From assembly GCA_002269645.1 (NCBI GenBank), contig NIVC01000988.1, positions 328,405 to 392,404 of the forward strand: a stretch of DNA of 64,000 bases, read 5' to 3'. The position numbers were made by a program, and so were the translations under genes. The first letter of the stretch is position 1, and each line of letters begins with the position of its first letter. Positions 1 through 11,619 of the stretch are shown here, in pieces. Source of the stretch: Macrostomum lignano (taxonomy: Eukaryota). The notes under the pieces were generated by a model that saw nothing but the letters and a program-made list of their open reading frames with translations, searched no databases and was not told the origin of the DNA.

Positions 1-507
1 TTATTTGGGGGATGCTTGCTATTTGGCTGGATGCTTTTATCCGGGAGATGCTTCTATTTGGGGGATGCTTGCTATCTGCAGATGCTTGCTATCTGCAGAT
101 GCTTGCTATCTGGGTGGATGCTTGCTAGGAGTATTAGGGGATGCTTGCTATCTGGGTAGATGCTTGCTAGGAGTATTAGGGGATGCTTGCTATCTGCGGT
201 TGCTTACTTTTGGAGGAGGGTGCTTGCTACTGGGGGGATGCTTGCTGTCTTGGGAATATTTTCTATTTAGGGGTAATGACTGTGATCTTTGTGAAAGCTA
301 TATTTTCTTGTCTGTTTGTTAATTTTAGAAAAAAATAGATTCATTGCAAATATCATTGTCCGTGACAATTTTAAATGAATAAGGTGATTTTTAAAAGTGA
401 TGAAGGACTTGGTTTTTAAGAAAATGTGCTTTTTCATTGATTTCCATAAACTATTTTTGCTTCATTCTTATTGGGCGCCCCGAAGGGGGGCCGCACTAGA
501 TTGCTAG
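1..507 (+). mobile_element. 3' part of a Helitron-like non-autonomous element (unit 0; 5' end not identified, probably outside the window)
   Basis: Ends in a GC hairpin (gcgccccgaaggggggc) followed by actagattgCTAG (504-507). The last 11 nt match the ends of units 1 and 2. It abuts the TC start of unit 1. Confidence 0.55.
8..250 (+). repeat. Degenerate tandem repeat with core ggggatgcttgctatct
   Basis: The motif gatgcttgcta(t)ct recurs about 10 times at irregular spacing. Confidence 0.75.
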
Positions 508-1099
508 TCCTATATACTAAAAATGGTCTGTCTGTGTCTATGTGATCGATTAGAGAAAAAATGGCTGGACCGATTTTGTTCGAACTTGCACTGTTCGATC
601 AGAAATTTTCCCGTGACGGTACATGCATCGTGGCTAAGAAATTGCTCGATGCTAAAGGCATTAAATATTCGAAAAACATGCTTTTTTGCAAAGGTCAAGC
701 AAACTTTTCGACTTGAAATGCATTGTAAGAATGCTAGAGAAAAAACTGACTGGTTGAATTCTGATTCTGAAATAGATTGCATCATAACTGAATTGTAACT
801 CAGTGTGGAAGCGTAGCACCAGACTTGATTTAAATTGCGTAACCATATTGTTAACTGATACTGACTGACTGAGAAACTGATTATGTCATAACTGCTTCGT
901 GTGATTTACTCTATGCTTGGATTTTAAAGTGTTGAATTATATAAGTGAAAAATTTCATGTTATCAAAACGATGAGAGCTAGCCTAGAGGTGAACGGACTG
1001 AACTGCTAAATGCAGCGACGATGGTTCGAATTTTCATTGAGTATAATTTTTTTAATTAAAGCTTTTCAACGTCAGGAAAACTAAAAGACTTTTTAAAAG

Positions 1100-3437
1100 G
1101 AAGCGTCATGTAAAAATCATAGAAGCGTCATGTAAAAATCATAGAAGCGTCATGTAAAAAATCATAGAAGCGTCATGTAAAATTTTAGAAGCGTCATGTA
1201 AACAATCATTGAAGCGTCATGTAAAAATCATAAAAGCGTCATGTAAAAATCATAGAAGCGTCATGTAAACAATCATAGAAGCGTCATGTAAAAAATCGTA
1301 GAAGCGTCATATAAAAATCATAAAAGCGTCATGTAAAAATCATAGAAGCGTCATGTAAACAATCATTGAAGCGTCATGTAAAAATCATAGAAGCGTCATG
1401 AAAAAATAGTAGAAGCGTCATTTAAAAATCATAGAAGCGTCATGAAAAAATCATAGAAGCGTCATGCAAACAATCATAGAAGCGTCATGTAAAAATCATA
1501 GAAGCGTCATGTAAAAAATCATAGAAGCGTCATTTTAAAAAATCATAGAAGCGTCATGTAAAAAATCATAGCAGCGCCATGTAAAAATCGTAGAAGCGTC
1601 ATGTAAAAATCGTAGAAGTGTCATGTAAAAAATCATAGAAGCGTCATGTAAACAGTCATAGAAGCGTCATGTAAAAATTATAGAAGCGTCATATAAACAA
1701 TTATAGAAGCGTCATGTAAACAATCATAGAAGCGTCATGCAAACAATCATAGAAGCGTCATGTAAAAATCATAGAACCGTTATATAAACAATCATAGAAG
1801 CGTCATGCAAACAATCATAGAAGCGTCATGTAAAAATCATACAAGCGTCATGCAAACCATAATAGAAGCGTCATGTAAAAATCATAGAAGCGTCATGTAA
1901 ACAATCATAGTAGCGTCATGTAAAAATCATACAAGCGTCATGCAAACAATCATAGAAGCGTCATGTAAAAATCATAGAAGCGTCATATAAACAATTATAG
2001 ACGCGTCATGTAAACAATCATAGAAGCGTCATGCAAACAATCATTGAAGCGTCATGCAAACAATCATAGAAGCGTCATGCAAACAATCATAGAAGCGTCA
2101 TGCAAACAATCATTGAAGCGTCATGCAAACAATCATAGAAGCGTCATGCAAACAATCATAGAAGCGTCATGAAAAAATCATAGAAGCGTCATGCAAACAA
2201 TCATAGAAGCGTCATGAAAAATCATAGAAGCGTCATGCAAACAATCATAGAAGCGTCATGTAAAAATCATAGAAGCGTCATGTAAAAATCATACAAGCGT
2301 CATGCAAACCATAATAGAAGCGTCATGTAAAAATCATAGAAGCGTCATGTAAACAATCATAGTAGCGTCATGTAAAAATCATACAAGCGTCATGCAAACC
2401 ATAATAGAAGTGTCATGTAAAAATCATAGAAGCGTCATATAAACAATTATAGACGCGTCATGTAAACAATCATACAAGCGTCATGCAAACCATAATAGAA
2501 GCGTCATGTAAAAATCATAGAAGCGTCATGTAAACAATCATAGTAGCGTCATGTAAAAATCATACAAGCGTCATGCAAACCATAATAGAAGTGTCATGTA
2601 AAAATCATAGAAGCGTCATATAAACAATTATAGACGCGTCATGTAAACAATCATAGAAGCGTCATGCAAACAATCATTGAAGCGTCATGCAAACAATCAT
2701 TGAAGCGTCATGTAAAAATCATAGAAGCGTCATGTAAAAAATCATAGAAGCGTCATGTAAAAAATCATAGTAGCGTCATGTAAAAATCATACAAGCGTCA
2801 TGCAAACCATAATAGAAGCGTCATGTAAAAATCATAGAAGCGTCATATAAACAATTATAGACGCGTCATGTAAACAATCATAGAAGCGTCATGCAAACAA
2901 TCATTGAAGCGTCATGTAAAAATCATAGAAGCGTCATGTAAAAAATCATAGAAGCGTCATGTAAACAATCGTAGAAGCGTCACGCAAACAATCATTGAAG
3001 CGTCATGTAAAAATCATAGAAGCGTCATGAAAAAATAGTAGAAACGTCATTTAAAAATCATAGAAGCGTCATGTAAACAATCATAGTAGCGTCATGTAAA
3101 AATCATACAAGCGTCATGCAAACCATAATAGAAGTGTCATGTAAAAATCATAGAAGCGTCATATAAACAATTATAGACGCGTCATGTAAACAATCATAGA
3201 AGCGTCATATAAAAATCATAAAAGCGTCATGTAAAAATCATAGAAGCGTCATGTAAAAAATCATAGAAGCGTCATTTTAAAAAATCATAGAAGCGTCATG
3301 TAAAAAATCATAGAAGCGTCATGTAAAAATCGTAGAAGCCTCATATAAAAACTAATGAAAGTGTCATTTAAAAAATTAAGAAGCATAATGGAAGAATATA
3401 AGAAGCGTCATGTAAAAATCAAAAGAAGCGTCATGTC
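1100..3437 (+). repeat. 22-23 bp satellite (catagaagcgtcatgtaaa[a/c]aat), roughly 100 copies, inside unit 1
   Basis: Directly visible tandem array, with recurring variant blocks (e.g. acaagcgtcatgcaaaccataat) that indicate higher-order structure. Confidence 0.95.
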
Positions 3438-4241
3438 AGACATGAGAGGTGTCATATAAAAATTAAATGAAGCTATAGTACAGCACTGTGCTGGGGAGAA
3501 TTACTGAGACGTCAAGGCTCACAGAGAATAACTGAGATTACAGGGGGGGGGGGGTTCTGAGATGTCAAAGCAAAAGTCAGAAGCTACTTCAAAGTTCATG
3601 TACTTTACTCAATTTTTTATTACATTCTTTGTTGGCTCGCCATGGGGGGCGCTGATAGAAGCAGAGTTATGTAAAAAATAAAAGTAGCACTATGTATACA
3701 TAAAAGAAAAGTCATGTCGAAGTTAAAAGATTCATTTAGGAATTGCTACGATGTCAAAGCTTGGTGGAAATCGTTATAGTGCTGTGATTCTTAAAGAAGG
3801 AATCACTAAAATTCCAAGGCTTAGGGGAGAAGAATTGCTGAGATTTCAAGGCTTTAGGTTGGGTTAAAGTTAGGTTTAGGTCAGGTGTGGGTTGAGGGTT
3901 ATATTTTATCGGGTTTCAAGGTTAACAAGGGATTTTTTAGATTTCAAGATTTATGGGGGCATCGCTGACATGTCAAGGCTCACGGGGGTATAAATGAGAT
4001 TTCAAGGCTTAAGTCAGAAGCTACATGTAGTTTATTGAAAACTTTTTATTACATTATTTGTTGACTCCTCAGGGCTCGCTGATACGAGCTAAAAAAAGCG
4101 TAATGTAAAAATAAAAGAAGCTTCATGTCGAAGTTAAGAGATTCATTTGGGAATCCCTACGATGTCGAGGCTTGCATGCAGGGAATCGCTATAATGCTGT
4201 AGTAGTGCTATAATGACTCAGAAAACTGAAATTTCAATGCT

Positions 4242-4315
4242 TTAGGGTTAGGTTAGGGTTAGGGTTAGGGTTAGGGTTAGGGTTAGGGTTGGGCTAGGGT
4301 TAGGGTTAGGGTTAG
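4242..4315 (+). repeat. Interstitial telomere-type (TTAGGG)n tract
   Basis: About 12 near-perfect TTAGGG units. Degenerate tracts also occur at ~3862-3900, ~4575-4665 and ~4820-4842. Confidence 0.9.
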
Positions 4316-5556
4316 AAGGTTGACAGATTTTTTTAGATTTCAAGGCTTTTTGGGGGCATCGCTGAGATGTCAAGGGGGGAAGTTGATTTGTTAAAGCTTG
4401 TGGGGGGAATTACTGACATTTCAAGGCTTACAAGGGACTTCTGAGGTATGTTGCTAAGAGATGCTACATGTAGTTTATTACAAAATTTGTACTGCATTTT
4501 TGGCTCCCTAACGCTAAGATACTAAGCTAAAAAATACTACTAGCACTTCACAAACTTATGCAGATGTCAGGCTGTAGGGTTAGTGTTAGGGTTGGTATTA
4601 GGGTTTAGGTTTAAGGTTAGGTTCAGGGTTATTATGTTAAGATTTGGGTTAGGGTTAGGGTTAAGGAGCTTATAACTTAGCTCATGTACCTTATTAAAAA
4701 TGTTTATCATGGAAGCATCATGCAAAAATAATGGAAGCGTCATGCAAAAACAATGGAAGCGTCATGCCAAAAATCATAGAAGCATCGATCATGCAAAAAC
4801 TCATAGACAGAATATTGAATTTAGGGTTTTGGTTAGGGTTAGAAGTTTGACAGTAGATTTTTTAAGATTTCAAGGCTACATGTAGCTTATTAAAAAAACG
4901 TGTATTGCATTTCTTTGGCTCCCCAACGGGGGGCGTAGATTGCTAGTCCTATATACTAAAAATGGTCTGTCTGTGTCTATGTGATCGATTAGAGAAAAAA
5001 TGGCTGTACCGATTTTGTTCGAACTTGCACTGTTCGATCAGAAATTTTCCCGTGACTGTACATGCATCGTGGCTAAGAAATTTCTTGATGCTAAAGGCAT
5101 TAAATATTCGAAAAACATGCTTTTTTGCAAAGGTCAAGCAAACTTTTCGACTTGAAATGCATTGTAAGAATGCTAGAGAAAAAACTGACTGGTTGAATTC
5201 TGATTCTGAAATAGATTGCATCATAACTGAATTGTAACTCCGACTTGAATTGAAAATGCAGTGTGGAAGCGTAGCACCAGACTTGATTTAGATTGCGTAA
5301 CCATATTGTTAACTGATACTGACTGACTGAGAAACTGATTATGTCATAACTGCTTCGTGTGATTTACTCTATGCTTGGATTTTAAAGTGTTGAATTATAT
5401 AAGTGCAAAATTTGATGTTATCAAAACGATGAGAGCTAGCCTAGAGGTGAACAAACTGAACTGTTAAATGCAGCGACGATGGTTCGAATTTTCATAGAGT
5501 ATAATTTTTTAATTAAAGCTTTTCAACGTAAGGAAAACTAAAAGACTTTTTAAAAA

Positions 5557-6747
5557 GAATCGTCATGTAAAAATCATAGAAGCGTCATGTAAAAAATCAT
5601 AGAAGCGTCATGTAAACAATCATAGAAGCGTCATGTAAAAAATCATAGAAGCGTCATGTAAAAAATCATAGAAGCGTCATGTAAAAAATCATAGAAGCGT
5701 CATGTAAACAATCATAGAAGCGTCATGTAAACAATCATAGAAGCGTCATGTAAACAATCATAGAAGCGTCATGTAAACAATCATAGAAGCGTCATTTAAA
5801 CAATCATAGAAGCGTCATGTAAACAATCATAGAAGCGTCATGTAAAAAATCATAGAAGCGTCATGTAAACAATCATAGAAGCGCCATGTAAAAAATCATA
5901 GAAGCGTCATGTAAAAAGCATAGAAGCGTCATGTAAAAATCATAGAAGCGTCGTATAAACAATCATAGAAGCGTCATGTAAACAATCATAGAAGCGTCAT
6001 GTAAAAAATCATAGAAGCGTCATGTAAACAATCATAGAAGCGTCATGAAACAATCATAGAAGCGTCATGTAAAAAATCATAGAAGCGTCATGTAAAAAGC
6101 ATAGAAGCGTCATGTAAAAATCATAGAAGCGTCGTATAAACAATCATAGAAGCGTCATGTAAACAATCATAGAAGCGTCATGTAAACAATCATAGAAGCG
6201 TCATGTAAACAATCATAGAAGCGTCATGAAACAATCATAGAAGCGTCATGTAAACAATCATAGAAGCGTCATGTAAAAAGCATAGAAGCGTCATGTAAAA
6301 ATCATAGAAGCGTCGTATAAACAATCATAGAAGCGTCATGTAAACAATCATAGAAGCGTCATGTAAAAATCATAAAAGCGTCATGTAAAAATCATTGAAG
6401 CGTCCTGCAGAAATCGTAGAAGCGTCATGAAATAATCATAGAAGCGTCATGTAAAAAATCATAGAAGCGTCATGTAAACAATCATAGAAGCGTCATGTAA
6501 ACAATCATAGAAGCGTCATGTAAACAATCATGGAAGCGTTATGTAAAAAAATCATAGAAGCGTCATGTAAAAAGCATAGAAGCGTCATATAAACAATCAT
6601 AGAAGCGTCATATAAAAAATCATAGAAGTGTCATGTAAAAATCATAGAAGCGTCATGAAAAAATCATAGGAGCCTCATTTAAAAACTAATTAAAGTGTCA
6701 TTTAAAAAATTAAGAAGCATCATGGTAGAATAAAAGAAGCGTCATGT
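5557..6747 (+). repeat. 22-23 bp satellite, roughly 50 copies, inside unit 2
   Basis: Same monomer as 1100-3437. Confidence 0.95.
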
Positions 6748-7584
6748 CAGACATGAAGGGTGTCATGTAAAAATTAAATGCAGCTATAATGCTGTGCTGG
6801 GGAGAAAAACTGAGACGTAAAGGCTCTCAGAGAATAACTGAGATTACGGGGGGGTTCTGAGATGTCAAAGCAAAAGTCAGAAGCTACTTCAAAGTTCATG
6901 TACTTTACTCAATTTTTTTATTGCATTATTTGTTGGCTCGCCACGGGGGGGGCGCTGATAGAAGAAGAGTCATGTAAAAAATAAAAGTAGCACTACGTAT
7001 ACATAAAAGAAAAGTCATGTCGAAGTTAAAAGATTCATTTGGGAATTGCTACGATGTCAAAGCTTGGTGGAAATCGTTATAGTGCTGTGATTCTTAAAGA
7101 AGGAATCACTAAAATGTCAAGGCTTAGGGGAGAAGAATTGCTGAGATTTCAAGGCTTTAGGTTGGGTTAAAGTTAGGTTTAGGTCAGGTGTGGGTTGAGG
7201 GTTATATTTTATCGGATTTCAAGGTTAACAGAATAACAGGGGATTTTTTAGATTTCAAGGTTTATGGGGGCCATCGCTGACATGTTAAGACTTACGGGGG
7301 AATATCTGAGATGTCAAGGTTCACGGGGGTATAAATGAGATTTCAAGGCTAAAGTCAGAAGCTACATGTAGTTTATTGAAAACTTTTTATTACATTATTT
7401 GATGCCTCCTCTGGGGAGGGATCGCTGATAAAAAAAGCGTAATGTAAAAAATAAAATAAGCTTCATGTCGAAGTTAAGAGATTCATTTGGGAATCTCTAC
7501 GATGTCGAGGCTTGCAGGGAATCGCTATAATGCTGTAGTAGTGCTATAATGACTCTTAGAGAGAATTACTGAAATTTCAATGCT

Positions 7585-7646
7585 TTAGGGTTAGGTTAGG
7601 GTTAGGGTTAGGGTTAGGGTTAGGGTTAGGCTAGGGTTAGGGTTAG
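7585..7646 (+). repeat. Interstitial (TTAGGG)n tract in unit 2
   Basis: About 10 TTAGGG units at the position equivalent to 4242-4315. Confidence 0.9.
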
Positions 7647-10600
7647 AAGGTTGACAGATATTTTTAGATTTCCAAGGCTTATTTGGGGCATTGCTGAGAT
7701 GTCAAGGGGGGAAGTTGATATGTTAAAGCTTGTGGGGGGGAATTACTGACATGTCAAGGCTTACAAGGTTTGACAGGAGATTTTTTAAGATTTCAAGGAT
7801 ACATGTAGTTTATTAAAAAAACGTGTATTGCATTTCTTTGGCTCCCCAACGGGGGGCGTAGATTGCTAGTATACTTCTAACAACCATGAGATTGGTAGTA
7901 TCAACAAGTTTTATTCTACATTTAAATTCATTTCTTATCTTGCTTTATTGTCGAACTACTTTCGGTACGTCATTTTCATTTACCTAGTTGGTGCACTTAC
8001 AGAAAACATAGAAACATTAAATGCCGTTTCTTGTCCTCAATAAACGTTGGAAAAAGTGAGCAGCAGACTAGTTGCAGAATTTTATTGCCGGACATGGCAT
8101 ATTTGACTATTTGCAGCTGCTCTGGCTTGTTTACTGCCTTTCCATAAATCAACAGCAATGGTGAAAGTGAATCTAATCCTTCTCTCTCTCTCTCCCATAA
8201 TGTTAATGATTGATTTGCTGTTAATATGGATTTTTAAAATCCCCCGTGTCTTAAATAAAAAAACGAATAATTTTTTAAGTTGTGATTTCCATCAAAATGC
8301 AATTAATTAATGTTTTAAAAACATTTAAACTCAATAAATTATTTATTCTCTTATCAAATAGAATCCAACTCTAGAATCTTTTTCAAGGAAGGAATACTAA
8401 CTATCCTTAATATTCAATATGCATGATAATAAAGCAGTGCATTACTTTTTCAATTTAGAGAATCTAACAAGGAAATAAATATAATTTAGTACAGTACCAT
8501 TGTAAGCAAAAAAACATAAGTTTACAGGTACAATTTTTTGTAAAGATAGATACAGCGGAAAATTAAAATTTGACAAAAGAATACCACAAACACTAAAAAT
8601 GGGGAGAAAAAGTATTACAAACATTGGCATTAATAAAAAAGTAATAAATATTGCAGCTGAGCAAATGAAATTAGCAATTAAACAATGCAATGAGTTAAAT
8701 GATAAATAACAAAGAAATGCTAAATAACATCTAGCAATGTATATTAAAGTAATTGAAGTGCACTCTGAGTTGAAAGGCTTACAACTCATAAAGTACAGTT
8801 TAAATGCAATGTAACTTTTTATTTATTTGTAACTTTATAACAATAGAAATCATTACCATAAGCAATTGTATGAAAAGTTGCTATTAATAGTCTTATGTAC
8901 TTTATCTCTACTCTAAGAGCTAACTTTCTATAAATATATATGATTCCTTGTATAAAATTAGGGATTCTTTAAAAAATTCATGCTGCAATATGCATATATC
9001 ACACTCTTGACCCAAGAAAATTATTGAAAGTGGTCAACCAATTAGCACAAAAAAATTATAGACGGCTGTAATGGTGCAAGTGGTGTTTCGGCACACCACT
9101 TAAATTAAAGTTGAAATTTTTGGAGCAGTTACACTAAAGAAAATTATTATTTTATAAAATTAAGAGAGGCTAATAAAATTAGTAGGGCTTGAATTGAATA
9201 ATATGCTGTGAAGACTCAAACTTGTAAGCCAAGAAGGCTAGAATTAGGGTTAGCAATTAGGCAATTAGGCGAACTATAGACATTAAGGAATGTGTAGGTA
9301 TTAAATAAATAAATCATGCAGGTGCTAATAGTAGCTTAAAACCTATCACTTGGTCCCTTAGAATGCCATAATTTTGGACATTAGAATTAAAATATAGTGT
9401 TTTACTGATTGGGAACTTGTTCTTATTGGAAAACTTCTCATAAATATAGAAATATTAATATAAACAATACGAATAAATTTGCCTATTAAAACTTTGTGGC
9501 ATTTGTAGGATTTTAGAAGAAGGAAGTATACCCTGCAACATACGTGCAGAATATTTATGTGCTAAAGGATTTAGGTCTGAAATAAATGACAATAAATGTT
9601 ATGTGAAGATGGTTTATATGTTGTTTTTTCAAAGTGTCATATATAAACTTTCAGTAAAAAGACTTCTTGGTCTGTGAGGTAGATTTTTTACTTATATGCT
9701 TGCATTTTTTAACTCATAATTTAAATGATTAGCACAATTTCTTAAATATCATGACTTGGCAAATTATTCATAATAATGTTTTCTTAAAAGGATTGTATGT
9801 AAAGAAGAGACTGTAATTTGAACTTTCACTGAGTAGCTATTCCTTTTTTTGTTGGTTGAAATCATACAAAAAGTAATTGAACTAATAAAAGAAGAAGCTT
9901 GGAAATTATTAATTTAATCATCATCTTACAAAGTAAAAAAAACTTTTTGGGTGCAATTTTTTCATCAAATAATCTGCCAATGTATTAACTTTTTTAATAT
10001 AGAAATACTTGCAATTTGGAATATCCAAAGTTCGTTCTTCATGAAGTAATCCTAACAAAATAAGTTGTGGTTTTTTGATAAGAGCAGAATGCTTCATCAT
10101 TTTATGGAAAATTGAGTTCTGACTATTAGTTTGATCATTTCATATATCAGGCATATTTAGCATTAAATCGGTACGCCTGTAGTACAGAACCTTCGGGTAG
10201 TAAAATCACAGTGTAATAGCATTGCAAGCTGCAGTTTTTGCATGTGCGATTATTTTAAAAAATCGAATGCCAAATTAAACATGTACAAAAAACGATAATA
10301 CAAAGAATATTTAACAAATCATCTATCACGAAAGCAAGGATGTCATTTCTATTATTATCAATTTTTTAAATTATTTAAAAGTATCTCCGCAAGTTTATTC
10401 TGCATTTTCATATCTAATTTTGTTATAAAAAGGGGTGTCCAATGTGTCCAATGTGCCAGTGCCAGCTTTTATACACACCCTGATAACTGATTTCTTACGG
10501 AGTAGGCACTATTATAACACACCATTTTGTTTATAATTAAGTTTATAATTTTGTATTAAAATTAATTTTGTTTATTATAATTACTTTATTAAACTTTCGA

Positions 10601-11619
10601 CTTTCTCAAACTCAATATTTATTTCCTGATTATAAGGACGCAAAAAACCACTATATGCGTGCTTTTGAAAGTTGAAACTAGGTTCTAAACTACACGGTAA
10701 CTGTACTGGTGCGATTTTAAAATTCAATGTCTGTGCCCTTTTCGGACTTGAGCTTGCTGCTTTTAGGAAATAATAATTTAAGATTTTAAAGAGCATGACA
10801 TTGGCAGACTTTAAGAGTTTTAACGGAGAAAATTTTATCGGATAGTCTAAATCTCCAGGTTACATGTAGATAAGAGTTAGCTGAGGCCATGCAGTTACGT
10901 GATGCTCTCCGAGGCCGTTGCCATATGACTCCCTCTCTCTTATCGGCAGCGTCGATCCTTAGATGTCACTTACCTGTTTCTGAAATTAGGCTTATTACGT
11001 CAAAAATGTGTGGAAAATGGCAAACATAATGGGGGTGAGCGTGCGAGAATAGGGAAATGAGTTAGTGATCATGCATATTATTATTGTTTTCAAAGGATAG
11101 TAAAAGATAGTAGATCAATAGATGAATTAAAACTCATACGAGAGTAAAGTGGAAAGATAGAAGGAATAATGAGAGGGAATTGAGGAGGGTTACACCAGAT
11201 AGGCAAGCTTATAGAGAGACGGGAGTGGTTGCAGCTAGGGAGTTTTAAAGCAGAGTGGTCTACTGCACAGAGAGGCGGCATCTATGCTAAACAAAATAGA
11301 TGCTGCCTCTCTGTCTCTGTGGATACAACAATGTGGAACAAATAAAATAGATTTATTTTTTTATTTTTTTTCATATTCTATATAGCGACTAACTGGGCAT
11401 TAAAAAATTATTTGCGCAAGGATATCTCATTTTTTGCCCGCAAGCGGTTTTTTATTTCTGACTGCATAGGATAGTTCTTGGATTTATTGAAATAAAAACA
11501 GCTTGATAAACTCGTGAGAAACCCATTATTGTGCAAAATAATTGGGAGCATTTTTTTAAGAAAACTGCATGCTTATTTAAACTTGTTAGACTGTACAATT
11601 TCGGAATCTACCTTTGTAA

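Larger units (their letters stand above)
508..4946 (+). mobile_element. Helitron-like non-autonomous element, unit 1 (4439 bp)
   Basis: 5' TCctatatactaaaaatggtctgtctgt. 3' hairpin gctccccaacggggggc, then 8 nt, then CTAG (4943-4946). Joined head-to-tail to a near-identical unit 2. No Rep/helicase ORF. Confidence 0.75.
4947..7869 (+). mobile_element. Helitron-like non-autonomous element, unit 2 (2923 bp)
   Basis: Same TC start as unit 1 (4947) and same hairpin + CTAG end (7866-7869), followed by T. It is shorter because of a smaller satellite and a missing internal module. Confidence 0.75.

Noticed and set aside
510-846. Short ORFs at 510-846 and their duplicates at 4949-5237
   Set aside because: They lie in the 5' unique part of the Helitron-like units, overlap on both strands and have no recognisable domain.
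4242-4315. True chromosome end or telomere
   Set aside because: The tracts are short, internal and duplicated as part of a repeated element.
7870-10500. Possible decayed hAT-like transposase on the minus strand in the AT-rich region, and ORF 8442-8789
   Set aside because: Only faint motif hints (e.g. near 8050-8150) and one unpaired CAGGGTGT-like end at ~10470; not supportable without a search.
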